Part shown: positions 12,487 to 25,700 of the stretch, one piece after another
Layout: every line of letters begins with the position of its first letter
How positions within the stretch are numbered: position 1 is the first letter of the stretch
The notes under the pieces: model-generated
Database searches by the model: none
Told to the model about the DNA's origin: nothing
What the model saw: the letters and a program-made list of their open reading frames with translations, nothing else
Source: Chrysemys picta bellii
Taxonomy: Eukaryota
DNA: 64,000 nt
Assembly (NCBI RefSeq): GCF_011386835.1
Contig: NC_088797.1
Span: forward strand, 84,258,001 to 84,322,000
Direction of reading: 5' to 3'
Position numbers and translations under genes: made by a program

Positions 12487-13934
12487 GTATGTATCAGAAA
12501 AACTTTGTATGTTCTTTTAGGTCACATACTATCTAAAGTTATAAAACATGAATTGTTTTATAGTAGGTTTTTGTTTTAATACATCTACATTAATACTTCT
12601 AAAAGGTTCACTCTCAAAATTGATCCTCTTTTCTCTATGGGTATTCAGTCATATCTGCCTATTTTAGTGACAAAAATACATTTTCATTTTTTAATGCTTT
12701 TGCTAACATGGTAGAGTGAATATAGCTAAGAGGGAGTGAGCTGGCTTATTCCTTTGTGTGTATCAAAGCAGTTCTGATTTCAGGATTGGTTAACACCTTT
12801 GCAACCACCTTGAAGGAAAGAGGGTTGTACAAGTACCACTGAGCACATCATCTAAAAACAATAGGGGTTGTGTGTAAGTTAAGGCATAATTTGGACTGTA
12901 GAATTTATGTATCATTGCCTGGGAGAAATCATGTTGAGTTAGCAGTCTGGAGCATGTTAACTTACAAGTTGAGATATGACAACCTGCAAGGTCATTTTTA
13001 GTCATAACAGAGCACTTATTTGGGGCTAGTTATCCATAAGGAGAGTCAAAGCACTGGCATTAACAACTAGTGTGTTTCAGGCATTAAACTGATTTGAGGT
13101 TGGAAAACCAGTAAGTGAAGAGTCACACTCACTGCAAATAATGTGGGGGTGGCAGTTGCAATATGACGCTAGCAAAGGAATTTCCATAGTTAAGGAAAGT
13201 TGCTCGCTAGGCTTGGACCTTCATCACTGCAGTGGTGCTGAAGACATCTACCAGTACCAGACACAAATCAGCAAGGGTGTATTGTAATGATCAGCTTACA
13301 AAGTGGAAATTAGTATAACTAGTGTCTGAGGCATGACTGAATGAAAATCAAGGTACCCTATTCTATTTCCAGTTATGAAAATGGTCCCACTTTGAATAGG
13401 GGTTATAATCTCAAAAGATTATAGAAATCATGGTGGTCATGTTACTTTTACTGATTCCTTAAAAGCATATATTTTTCAGTAAGACAACAAAAGTATAATG
13501 GGGTACACCTGTACTATTTGAGTTCACTGGTACCTGCCCAGTGCAAGATTAAGCATTTTAAGGGATATGCAAGTTTTCCCAAAAGCTAGTTTTTTTCCCC
13601 CGTGAGAGTGATCAGTATGCACTTATTCAGCCACAAGTAAGCCTTCAAGTTAATCACTTGTTTCACCCCTCAAAAAATCCAACACATTGCACATTAAAAT
13701 ATAGACTAACAGTGATGGAAATTGCCATCAGAAAGGAATGATGAGACAGGGTTGCTCATTTTCTATGTTGATTCAATTACTGAACCCTTCACTGAAACTT
13801 TCTGTTAAGATGCCCACTAGGTTAAGAATTCTTGTCCACAGGGCACTGTAGAATGCACATGTGACAGAAGACTTGAATATGACAAATCAAAAGAGGCATG
13901 AACATTTAATTTTGCTTTTCCTTTCTCACACCAG

Positions 13935-14047
13935 GTGAGGAGGACAACTCTGCTGTCATTTGGTTCTGGTTGCATGCAGGAGAAAGCCAACGTTGCCCAT
14001 CATGTGGTGCTCACTACAAGCTTGTCCATCATGATGTCCCACATTGA
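13935..14047 (+). CDS. COX5B: COX5B-family coding exon 4 (stop TGA)
   Basis: CCAG acceptor; (C)[36 protein letters not shown]. All four Zn-binding Cys (CxC, CxxC) are intact. Total CDS is 375 nt. Confidence 0.95.
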
Positions 14048-14309
14048 AAATCTATGTTACTTAACTGAACCAAAGCGGATTTCACTGTGTCTAAACTGCA
14101 CAATATGATGTGCACTTAAATCTGCATGCAAAATATTTACTACCTTCATATTTGGTTTCTATTGGATTTAATTAAAAACACCAATCTTGTTGTTTTACCC
14201 TAGGTTAATTAAAACTAAATGCACAACACTGCAGAAATGTGTGTCATGAATTATCATCCTTCATAAAACTGAGGAGAGTTTAGGAAGAAGTATTCTACTA
14301 GTAGTGGTT

Positions 14310-14348
14310 AATAAATGTGGGTTGGTTTTTTCTCCCATCTCTAATAAA
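14310..14348 (+). terminator. Candidate polyadenylation signals of the COX5B-like gene
   Basis: AATAAA at 14310-14315 and 14343-14348, about 260-300 nt after the stop. An ATTAAA at 14171 is also possible. Confidence 0.5.
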
Positions 14349-14366
14349 ATTCCTTAGTCTTATGAC

Positions 14367-14866
14367 TAAAGCCCTACCAAATTCACAGCCATGAAAAACA
14401 CATCATGGACTATGAAAAATCTGGTCTCCCTTGTGAAATCTGGTCTTTAGAGTACTTTTACCCTACACTATATCTGGCATAGCACAGTATTGCCACCCTT
14501 ACTTCTGTGCTGCTGGTGACAGTGGTGCTGCCTTCAAAGGTGGGCACCCAGACAGCAGCTGCCACTCTGAGTGCATAGCTCTGAAGGCAGCAAAGTAAGG
14601 ATGGCAATATCACGAAACTCCCCCCCCCCCCCCCCACAACACACAGCCTTGTTACCCCGTGTTGGGTCAGGACCCCCACTTTGAGAAATGCTGAGTCTTA
14701 AGGACTTTACGTGTTTATATTTTGTTGTTTCTAAATACATAGTTGTGGCTTGTTACAACACCATGAAAATTAACTTTTAAATATCTGAAACCTTGCAATT
14801 CAAGATTTTAAAAATGCTATGATCGTGAAATTTACAAAAATGGACTGTGAATTTGATAGGGCCCTA
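14367..14866. mobile_element. hAT MITE, 500 bp
   Basis: TIRs TAAAGCCCTACCAAATTCAC / GTGAATTTGATAGGGCCCTA with a perfect 8-bp TSD CTTATGAC (14359-14366, 14867-14874). Confidence 0.92.
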
Positions 14867-15217
14867 CTTATGACTAAAACATTTTCATTGCTGTTGGTTT
14901 CTTAACTCTCATATGGTGGGAGTATGCCTGCGAACAGTAGTATGTGAAGAAAGTTAGAGGTCACACCTGAGCTATAGGCATGTGCATGTATAATGTCATG
15001 GCTGCAATCATACACCACCAGGAGATGGTTATAGCCTTATTTACGTTTTCCCTGTGTTGTGCTGAATTGTTTCAATACAACCGTCACAGCCAGGATGGCC
15101 TCAATATTCTAACTAGTCTTTTACTTAATGAAGTTACCTTCTGATTAAAGAAATATGCACGATATGTGCATCCATACATGAACATGTACATGAAGCAACA
15201 AACTTTCATTCAAGTAT

Positions 15218-15228
15218 TTTATTTTATT
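15218..15228 (-). terminator. Candidate distal HERC4 poly(A) signals (overlapping AATAAA x2)
   Basis: TTTATTTTATT on + with GU-rich sequence downstream on -, about 1.1 kb after the stop. Proximal candidates lie at 15914-15919 and 15927-15932. Confidence 0.5.
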
Positions 15229-16330
15229 TTAGCTTTGTTTTCACTGCATTTTAAAAATCTAAAAAAAAATAAATATTTGTTTCACAGATGAAAGTCACAT
15301 ACGTATCAATAAGACATAAGTATGTTGGAACTTAACCAGACCAGGAAAGTCAAATCTGAATACTTTCCATTAAGCACAGTCATCTCTGAGTACTTATATT
15401 AAAATTCAAAAGAAGTTCCAAAAAGGGTTAAAAGGGTATTTCAAATGCATTTTAGCTGGAAAAAGGTGAGCAAAAACTACACTTTCAACATTTAAAAATG
15501 AAATGTTTAAATTCCTGATAGCAACTGTCTTGCTCCTCATTTATGTTTTTAACCTATGGCTGTAGAGGTTGGATTCCCAATGCTAAATTAATCCCTTATA
15601 ATTTTATCAATTTAATTATACCATCAGTAATATGATGAAATGGCCTATTGCGTCTTCTCGTCCATCTTAACAGAAGCCAAATTTTCAGTTTTGCACCAGC
15701 ACGAATAAGTGATTGCGCCATTGAAATTGGACTGTACATCATAAAGGGCAGCTCATTTCAACCATCATTGTTTTCATTAAGTTTTCAAAAACAAAAAAAT
15801 CCCACCACTGGAAAAAGACATCTCCAGAATCACACTTTTGTTAAAAGCAATAAAATAAGCTCAAGTTTAATTACACGCAATAGAAACCATACTGCTATCA
15901 GAACTGAAACTATTTTATTACAAAGTTTTATTTACAAAATGAAAAATAATCAAATGGGACTATCATAATAGGAAAAAGTGTTTTCACGCTGTGATTGAAA
16001 AAAATTAAGCAAGTCTTTCATGCACTCACACGCTAAATTGTTTTTATAATATGTGTAATGTTGAAATTCATGTTTGTGAAACTTGAGTCTCATTCACAGT
16101 CTCATTTTTATTTTAAGATGACAAAAACATGGTTCTATACAAGTTGTGTATTAACAGTTCATTTTTGTAAGGACTTTTTGCCTTCCATGAATATTCATAT
16201 CACTGAACATTTTGTAAATAACCAGTTGTTACATTGTCAACTTGTTCACTGAACTTACCACCACAAGAAAGACACAAAGAATTAGTTTAATGCTCCCACA
16301 TTAAACAACTACAATATCTCATTTCTAAAG

Positions 16331-16539
16331 TTATACTAAACTGAAGCCTTCATTGTGATCTATTGCCTGGATCAGCTTAGATTTTAGGGTTTCTTTGTCT
16401 GTGTATTTTGGAAGATCAAGAAGATTAAAGCAAGTGTGAGATACTGGAAGATACCCTTCTCCACCTCCTGTTGGCTGGATGACTAGTTTAAGACACTTCA
16501 TTCCAAGAATAGGAATACGATCACTGCCTGTTAAAAACA
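16331..16539 (-). CDS. HERC4: HERC4 last coding exon (HECT C-lobe with catalytic Cys)
   Basis: TTGGCAG acceptor; FLTGSDRIPILGMKCLKLVIQPTGGGEGYLPVSHTCFNLLDLPKYTDKETLKSKLIQAIDHNEGFSLV*. The KLIQAIDHNEGFSL terminus matches HERC4 rather than HERC3. Confidence 0.97.
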
Positions 16540-17016
16540 CTGCCAAGGAAAACAGAAGAATGAAAGCTGAAGCTAAAGTGACTACTCTGTGTCACAATGA
16601 TAGTTCCATACAATATTACACTTCTAAATCACTATTTTCATTTTTCAATTCTTCTATTACATGGCTAGCTTTTTACATTAAAGTAGCATGGTTTTGAAAT
16701 TAAAAATAGTAAATGAATGCTGCTTTGTACATATAAACTCTGATTTATATATGTCTTATTCCGTTTATATTGTTAAATGTGCATCAAATAGAACAAAGTC
16801 CCTCTTATGCCAGGGTTTACTTATTTAAAGACCAGTGAGTTCACATCATTTTTGTGGACACTATCATATTTGCAGGTAACTAAGTAACCAGGTTCTAATT
16901 TGTTCAATGTCAATTAAATGTGTCTGCCCTGTATTTGAAATGACTGCATGAGCCATTACCAACAACTTTGTTTCTGAGTAAGGGAATTTCGTATGCAATT
17001 GTCCTCCTTTTATACG

Positions 17017-20000
17017 TTCCTGCAGCCCAGCATCTCCCACAATTCTGCAGTGCGTGGGCTATTCCCCTCCTGTGCAGTTCCAGCGGTGGTTTAAAGCTGC
17101 AGCACAGCCCATGCTGGCCACACTCCCTTTTCTCCAGCTTGCTGCCAGATCTGCTGCCTCTGCAGAAACAGTCAATCACAGTTCTCTTTGCTCCTGAACT
17201 TTCGTTAATCTCTTTTTCTTCTTCTTTTTTGGGTAGTAGTGAGGAGAATTCTTTGTTTTCTACTTCTCTCAGTCTGGGTAGTCAGCGGCTAAGCTCCTCT
17301 TTCAGTAATGGCACAAATAGCCACACAAGCACACGGATAAGCCCAAATAAGGCTGCCTCACAGATGGAGCACTAACAGGCTGCATGGAGGGTGAATTATG
17401 CTCTTGCTTCTCAGCCATCTGATCCTACCACCATGGCACAGCGTTTGAGTTGGATGGACATGTTAGGACCCATCTGCCCCCCCAAAAGCTACAACTCTAC
17501 CACAGAAAAGCCTGACTGAGGGAGACTGAGCAGAACTTGGAGAGGCTCTAAGCTTGAGGAAAATGTCATTCAGCAAGAGGCTGAGTCCTGGAGCAATTCA
17601 AGACCACAAGGATAAGTTCCTAGGAGGGAACCAAGTCCTGAAACGAGTTCCAAATGCTCTGGGGAAAGAAGCAGGGCTCAAAATTGGACCCCCCCCCCTC
17701 ACAGCTTGAGTCAGAAAACTCTTACAGTGAGTCCCCCATCCCGGGAAAGTGGGAATTTATAGGGGAGGACTCCAAGGGAGAATTTTCCAGAGGGCTCAGG
17801 CCCTGTGCAAGGCTAGCCATATGGCCAGACCAGTAAAGTGCATGAATTTTTTTAATGAAATCCAAAAAGAACAAAAAGGATAAGAAAAAGCCCAAAAGAT
17901 ATTAGTCCTCCAATTCAGACTTATACTTTACCAAGGAAGGAGAGCTACCAGACTGATTCTGAGCAGAACATAGACAAAATGCAGCATAGACTTTTTCCCC
18001 TGAGGACTCTGAAACAAGTGCATAAAGGTTGTATCAATTATGCACATCCAAACTGAGCAGCCCCTTGAGGACAAGCCTCAGAGCACATAACTTCCTGCTA
18101 AATCCTTTCCAGAGGCAGCATTTCTTTTGCACCATCCTTTGAGAGGGTAATCAGGGAGAAGTGGGAAGCTCTGAAAAGGACAAGCACATTAACAGGCACA
18201 CACTCAGATTCTACAAGCTCCAGGATCCAAAATGTCATAACTGATGTTCTTAAGGTCAATGCTGCAGTAGCATCTCTAGCTTATATGATTATTCCATCCA
18301 AAGGAAACTTCTTTCCCAAGAAGCCAAGGGATAAGGTGAAAGCTACCCACAGAAGGGACTTGATGCTTCCTCACCAACTTTCAGAGCATTTCTGACAGCC
18401 AATTGGTTTCCTTAAGTTACAATGTCATGGGGCTGGAGGACCTGAAAGCCCTTAAGGACAGAAACCAAACTTACTAAGTCTATACTTAAGAAGATCTCTT
18501 AAGCAACAGCATTAATGGCAGATGCTTTAATGGATGCTATGAGATTTTCTACCAGGACCGTGGCATCTAGCTTCCCAGCCAGGAGACACATGACTTTGTC
18601 TCTTGAAAGTAGACACTTCAAACATGTCCCGTGCTCTTCTAAATTCACAATATCTGTCTTCTTCAGAGAAAAACTGGACAAGACAGTGACTGAAAAAGTG
18701 ACTAAAACCAAATAGTTCTTCCCCACTCAACTTAGTACTCTAAGGGACTACAAACCACTACAAACCCCAGAGACGCTCCTTTTGTCCATCTTCCTCACAG
18801 AGGTCTCAGAGAAAACCAGATACAGATACCTCAAGGGAAAACCTTGGAACCAAGGAGCAAGAGGAAAATCTAGAGGAGCTCCTGCAACCTTCAAAAGCCC
18901 TTTACGACAACAAGCAAACGTGCCTCCACCCAGATCTAAGCAGCAGAATTTCCCATTTTCCAGATGAATGGTTTGTTTCAATCACAGAAAGGTGAGTGTG
19001 TTCCAGGAATACTCTCTTATGCAAAGGGTTCCACCACCATCCCTTCTTCATCCAATCTCCCGCGACCCTGCAAAAATGCAAGCTGGTCCAGAACAAGATC
19101 TCCCAACTTCTGGCCATGCAGCAACAGGAGGAGTTCCCGCAGGAGAGCATTGCTCAGGGTTTTACTCCATCTACTTCATTGCTCAGAAGCACACTAGAAG
19201 AGTCAGGACCATCCTCAACTTCAAAAGGCTCAACAAACAAATGAGGAAAATAAAGTTTCAGATAGAAACTAACTTTGATAGCGACATCCCTGTGTCAGGG
19301 CACTTACTAACCTCATTCAATTTGGCAGATGCATACCTTCAAACGCCAGTGTGCCCCTGCAGGCTTCTGAGATTTGCTGCTTATATCACGAATCACTATT
19401 AGTACCCAACACTTCCAATCGGTGTCAGCCCCCAGGGTATTTATGATGATGCTGGTGGTGACCATAGCCAGACTCAGGTCCCAGGGTATTCACCTGTACC
19501 CCCTTTTTGATGACTCCTTAATCAGAGCCCCATCTCAGGCGGTAGCACACAGCACCACAATTCAGACTCTGGATCTCCTGCAAGCGCACGGATTCATAAT
19601 AAACATGAAGTAAAGTTCCTTGAATCCGATATCCACACTGGCCAAGTGAAAGAGCTCACCTATCGTTCCCTGCCCTCAGCTACTGGGCCTCCTGGTCTCA
19701 CGCATAGGGGTCACTCATTGGCAAAAAAAAAAAAAAAAAAAAATCACACATCAGGTGCCTTCACGCTTTTCTTCTGAAAGCATGAGACTACTCCCCCAAA
19801 CTCATGCAACTTCACTTACACGTCCAAAACAGGCCCTCAACTCAACTCAATGGTGGAAAGTCTGGGGAAACATCCTCAGGGTTCTTTCCATATGCTTTCA
19901 AGACCTTAGGTTCTCACCATTAATGCCAGCATGAAGGGATGGGGAGCACATCTGTGACCTAGAAGAGTATAAGGCTGTAGTTCCTTTGCCTGGGGTTTCA

Positions 20001-22190
20001 GATGCATCTATCTCTTGGAACTCAGGGAAAACTAGCTCTTCTGAGATTTGAGAGCCACCTGGATGGAAATCATGTCCTGGTCCACTCTGACAACAGCTGC
20101 ATACATAAAACAACCAAGTAGGGACAAGGACTGCAGCTCTACATGCAGAAGTGATGGAGATAATGGAATGGGCAGAAATGACTCTCCTTTCCCTAAAGGC
20201 AATCAACATACAAGGGGAACTAAACCAAAAGGAAGACTGGTTCAGCCAGCGCAACGTCAGCAACTCAAAATTGTGCCTAAAACCAGGAAGTCTTCAACCT
20301 GATTTCACAGGACATTCGGTTTCATCAGTTGACCTGTTTGCCAATCACAAGAATGCAAAGCGGCCAAAATACTTCACCAGGGAAGCAGACCCTAAGTCTA
20401 TGAGGACAGATGCTCTGTCACACAGCTGGCCACAAGACCTGCTATATGTTTCCCCGCCCTTTCCTTTCACAAGGAAAGTGACCCAAACATAAGGTCAGAG
20501 GATGCAAAGGTGACAAGTGTTAACTCCCACACTGGCCAGGGATACCCTGGTTCTCTGACCTAACAAAACTATAGCTGGAACCACCATTGCAACTACCATT
20601 CTTTACCAAGGACCATTCTTCCATCCAGACCAGACCATCTTCATCTAACAGCCTAGCTATTGAAAAGGGAAGTACTAGCCATACTCAGCCTATCTTAAAA
20701 AGTGATAGGGACTTTGCTCTCTTCTAGGAGAACTTCCACTCTAAAAGCCTACCCATCCATCTGTAATAAATTCAGCCTTTCATGTCAAGAGCATAAAGCA
20801 AACTCACAGCATCCCAGGATTCAAGACTTATTCTAGACTTCCTTCAAGAACGAATGATAATGATGCTTGGCTGAAGTTCCTTTATGTGCCAGGTGTAGGC
20901 CTCAGTATTGTACTGTTCACAGTCTATTCAGGCTCCCTGGTCAAGAACCCTCAGATATCCAGGTTCCTCAGAGCAGTCATATTGGCCGAACCAGCACTCA
21001 GACATCTTTCCTAAACAGGAGCTACTCCAGGTGTTGACAGCCCTAACCACTCATTCTTTTGGACCTGATTTCTGCATAGCCATTTTACCTCTGCCTCAAA
21101 ACCTATTTTGTGGTGGCTATCACAACTGCCAGACAGATTTCAGAATGGGCACCTATCTATGCATGAAACTTACTACACTTTTCATGATAAGGTGGTGCTA
21201 AAGATTTCAGAAATGTTCTTGCCAAAGGTAAACTCTCTTTTCCATTCCTCACAGGGAAATGTCCCTCCCATTATGTCTGAAGCCAAAGTACCTAACTGAG
21301 AAGCTGTGGCACACTTTAGATGTCAGAAAAGCATTGAAAATTTAAATCAAGCACACAGAACCCACAAGAAAGTCAGGCGTTCTGCTTATCTCCTTCCATC
21401 CAGAGTCTCAAGGATTCAGTCCAAGCTCTCCTTGCTAGATGGATCAGGCTACGTATCGATGAGACATACACGGCAACCAATGTTCCTGTCCCAGAAAGAA
21501 TCAAGGTGCACTCCACAAGACCAATCGCAACCTTGTGGGCTGAAAGAGCATGTGCTTCCACCACAGATCTCCAAAGCAGCCAACATGGTCACTGGCTAAC
21601 ATCTTTACCAGATGTTGTAGAGTGGACTTAACCTTCTGCACAGGCCGCCTTTGGCAGGAAGGTGCTGGAGGCAGTGGTCCAATAATAACTTTGCTGCTTG
21701 AGCAATGCTGTAAAAAGGGAGGGGCTCCCCCCATTTTCCTTTTGTTTGTTCCCTTACCCTCCCCTACCCCTGTTCACTGGCTCACCCTTTCCCATGCATA
21801 GCAGAACTGTGGAAGATGCTTGGCTGCAGAATGGAAAATTTCTTACCCAATAATTTTCTTTCTGCTAGCTATGTCTCCTCCACAATTCTACCCATCCTGG
21901 ATTGCTCATCAGCCGATGGTCAACATTTTATTGTATAAGTTATCTTATAAGCAAGGTCTTCTGTGTATAGTTACTTGGTTGGCATTGGAATTATTGTTAC
22001 TATTTTCCACAAGTTTTTGCACAGCTTTAGAAAGAATCATCTGGCAGCAGCCAGAGAAAGGGCCAGAACAGGCTGTGCTGCAGTGTTGAACCACCTCCAG
22101 AACTGCACACTGGAAGGAAATAGCTAACATGTAGCAAAACTGTGGTAGATGCTACAAGCAGAAAGGAAATTATTGGATAAGTTTTCCATT
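17017..22190 (+). mobile_element. DIRS1-like tyrosine-recombinase retrotransposon #1, full-length but decayed, antisense to HERC4
   Basis: ITRs at ~17030-17160 and ~22010-22150. The ICR at 21791-21883 is complementary to both termini. Remnants of RT (RTILNFKRLNKQMRK, HLYPLFDD), MT (VDLFANHKN...LLYVSPPF) and YR (HSTRPIATLWAERA). Confidence 0.85.
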
Positions 22191-23271
22191 ATTCTCCTAT
22201 AGCTACAATCTTTTAGCGTTTACTATCAGTGATATCAAATGATATTTCCACCTAGGAAAAAAGTAAGTCTTGTAGGTAATGAAAAGGAGCCTATTCCGGG
22301 ATGGACAAAATTCCTAGATTTATTGGAAAGATGAGAATGGTGATTTCAGTCTTTTGCGGTTATTTTATGTTTACTGACTGCCATGAATAATAATCCAAAC
22401 ACTTCAGATTTCCCCAAGCACCTGTTTAAAAAGTTGAGCACTGCAACGCATTATGAAGGGCAACAAATTTGGACTATTACAAATCATTGAGTGAATGAGG
22501 AAATCAACAAGGGCTTTCTTGAGAAGCATCCTGATGACAGCTCCGTTACAAAACCAAAGGTGCTCCAGAGTGAGCACTTCAATTGGTCACAGCTGTAGCA
22601 ATACTGCATGAGGAGACAGAAGGGTGTAAACAGTTCTATCTGAATGTGCTTGATTTTTTTCTGTAAAATAACCTGAAATTTCTTCACTGAGGAGGGACTT
22701 ACATCAGCAAACCAAATGAGAACAGTCTGAATTAACCAGGCTATCCACCACCCAAAATAAATCCACTTATCAAGACTTGGTGAATGCAGTGTAAATGCCA
22801 TGGCCTACATATTAAAATAAATAAATATCAAAGTACATGGCAGTGCTGTTCTACCCTGTTGGCCACTATGAAGTGATCAAAGGGCCATTCAAATCAGGAA
22901 ATCCAGAACAAGCTACATGATTATCATTGCCGACCATCCACTCACTAACTAATGAAGCACAATAGATTGGTTGCCGTTGCTGATTACGCAACAACTAACC
23001 AAACGTGACGATAGCCCTCCGAATACCAACCCAGAGCCTCACAACTCAAACCTTTTGTGACTTTACAAGACTCCCACACAAAGTTATTGACAAAGACTCC
23101 CTGCTCAGACAGACTTCCTCCCCCATGATGCGTTCACCTTAAAAAATAGGTAGACATAATTATTAGTTATTCAAATTAGGTGCAATTTGTTTTGTCCCCT
23201 TCTAGAAAAGCATCAAGCTACAGTAATCCTACTAGGTTTCCTATTTCCATACACTAGTTTCAAATACTTAC

Positions 23272-23374
23272 ACAGAAACTGCTTTTTCTTTTCCAGTGGT
23301 AACTCGTGAAAAACATCCCAAAATATTTTAATTGTAGGATGGTCTGCCCAATATTCTCCTTTATATTCTGTATT
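23272..23374 (-). CDS. HERC4: HERC4 coding exon (103 nt)
   Basis: CTTCAG acceptor; NTEYKGEYWADHPTIKIFWDVFHELPLEKKKQFL+t; GTAAGT donor. Confidence 0.96.
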
Positions 23375-24668
23375 CTGAAGTGACCAAAATATGTGATTAT
23401 TAGTCAAATTCACAAAATATCAGGACACTGAATATGTAAATACTGTATGTAGAAAGAGACAACACATTGATACTGAGTTATACAAAACCACAAATGTCGT
23501 TGTTCTATACGCATTTTTATTTTTTTCACCAAGTTTACTTTTTTATGTTTTTATCTCTAAAGATACGTTTTCTCCCACATTGGATACCAGTTAACATCCT
23601 ACTACTAAAATAATTCTAACACTAGTAAATTCTAATCAGGGTATTTGCACTCTGCCTATATAAATACCTCTTGCACTTTCAGTTGAATACATTATTATTG
23701 ACCGGAACTTCTTGTTCTGAACTACTTGACTGTACACAGTAACATTGTTTAACTACCACCACATTTCAGTGGTGGATGTACAGTGACTCAAAAGATTTTG
23801 GGATCTTCCTGAAAGTTAGGAAATTTCTTGTGTGCATTTACTATAAAATCCTAGCTTCTAACAAAAATCCTAAAGCCTTCCCAGTAAAGTGTACATCTAC
23901 TACTCTGAACACTAGAACTGGGTGTCTTTTTCTGTTACTTTATCCAATATAAGCAGGATTTGTAGCATCACATGAGAAGTCTACGAAATATATCTGTATT
24001 ACCACTTGTTAACATCTACTGTTCTCAGCTATAGAACACAGAGTACAGGGATAGGCACCTCTTCTTCACCAAGCTTTTTATTCAAAAGACACAAAATGAA
24101 CCAAGAGACCTAGTGGAAAGTTCTACATTACAGCTATTGTTTTTAATACTATAAAACTACTGCCCCCATTTATTAATGGCATGAATTAGTATTTGTGGCT
24201 GTATAGGGAGAGATTTGAAAGAAAAGAAAAAGAAAATGAATGGCACTGGGATAAGGAGGAAATTCCACACAGCAGGGTTCTTGTGATACCAAACAACACA
24301 AATGGAAAAGACCGTTACCTTTTCGTAACTGGTGTTCTTCGAGATGTGTTGCTCATGTCTATTCCACAATAGGTGTGCATGCTCGCCACGTGCACCGGTG
24401 CCGGACGTTTTTCCCCAGCAGTACCCGTAGGGAGGGAGCGCCACCCGCAACCCCTGGAGTGGCGCCTGGCTGGCACGGTATAAGGGGAGCTGCGCCCTCC
24501 CACCACCCTTAGTTCCTTCTTGCCAGACAACTCCGGCAGAGAGGACGGAGGGCAGGATGTGGAATAGACATGAGCAACACATCTCGAAGAACACCAGTTA
24601 TGAAAAGGTAACGGTCTTTTCTTCTTTGAGTGATTGCTCATGTGTATTCCACAATGGGCGATTCCAAG

Positions 24669-25700
24669 CTATACCTGCTGGAGGTGGGTAGGAGTTCCCA
24701 AGTTCTCAAGACGGAGTACCGCCCTGCTGAACCCGGCATCATCCCTGGTTTGGGAGACTATCGCATAGTGCGAGGTGAACGTGTGAACCGAAGACCACGT
24801 GGCGGCCATACAAATGACCTGTATAGGGACGTGGGCCACGAAGGCAGCCGACGAAGCCTGCGCTCGAGTCGAGTGCACCCTCACAATGGGCAGTGGGAGG
24901 ACACCTGTCAGCTCATAACAGGAATGGATGCACGAAGTGATCCAGTTGGAAAGCCGCTGAGTGGAAATCGGTTGGCCTCTCGAGCGCTCAGCTGAGGCGA
25001 AAAACAGTTGCAGGGACTTTCTGAACGGCTTGGTCCACTCGAGGTAGAAAGCCTGAGCCCGCCTCACATCAAGCATGTGGAGACGGCGCTCCTCACTAGT
25101 CACGTGAGACTTGGGGCAGAGGACTGGAAGAAAAAAGTGTCCTGACCCATGTGGTAGGCGGAGATCACCTTCGGGAGGAACTCGGGGTATGGGCGGAGCT
25201 GGAGCTTGTCCTTATGAAAGACCGTATACGGCGGCTCGGAGGTCAGGGCCCTGAGCTCCGAGACCTGCCTGGCCAATGTGATAGCAACCAGGAAAGCCAC
25301 CTTCCACGAGAGGTGAGACCAGGAACACGTGGCTAACAGTTCAAATGGGGCCCCTGTAAGACGAGCTAGCACTAGATTCAGATCCCATTGTGGGACCAGA
25401 GGCTTAGAGTATGGGTAAAGCCAGTCCAAACCCTTAAGGAACCGGCAGTCATAGCACGGGAGAACACAGAGTGTCATTGCACCGGGGGATGGAAAGCCGA
25501 TATGGCCACCAGGTGCACCTTGACTGATGAGGGCGCCAGGCCCCGGGCCCTCAGGTGGAGGAGGTAATCAAGGATAAGCTGGATTGGGGCGGCCGTCGGG
25601 GACACACCTTGGTCTGCCGCCCACCTAGAAAACCGAGACCACTTTGCCATGTAGGCGCGCAGTCTACTTTCGAGGAAGACGCGCTGAACTTGTTCTGAGC
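24669..25700 (-). pseudogene. DIRS tyrosine recombinase, disrupted
   Basis: Pieces PQWDLNLVLARL...KVAFLVAITLARQVSELRAL and IVRVHSTRAQASS...ATWSSVHTFTSHY carry the HxxR, W and Y motifs. Frameshifts are present and the first catalytic Arg appears as Gln. Confidence 0.85.

Noticed and set aside
16968-17375. 135-aa plus-strand ORF
   Set aside because: It overlaps the DIRS #1 5' ITR and a pyrimidine tract, is low-complexity and has no domain signature.
24305-24653. Repeated GCTCATGT.TATTCCACA motifs resembling CRISPR repeats or a giant terminator
   Set aside because: Fully explained by the DIRS ITR, 3' extension and ICR; the window is eukaryotic and has no spacers.
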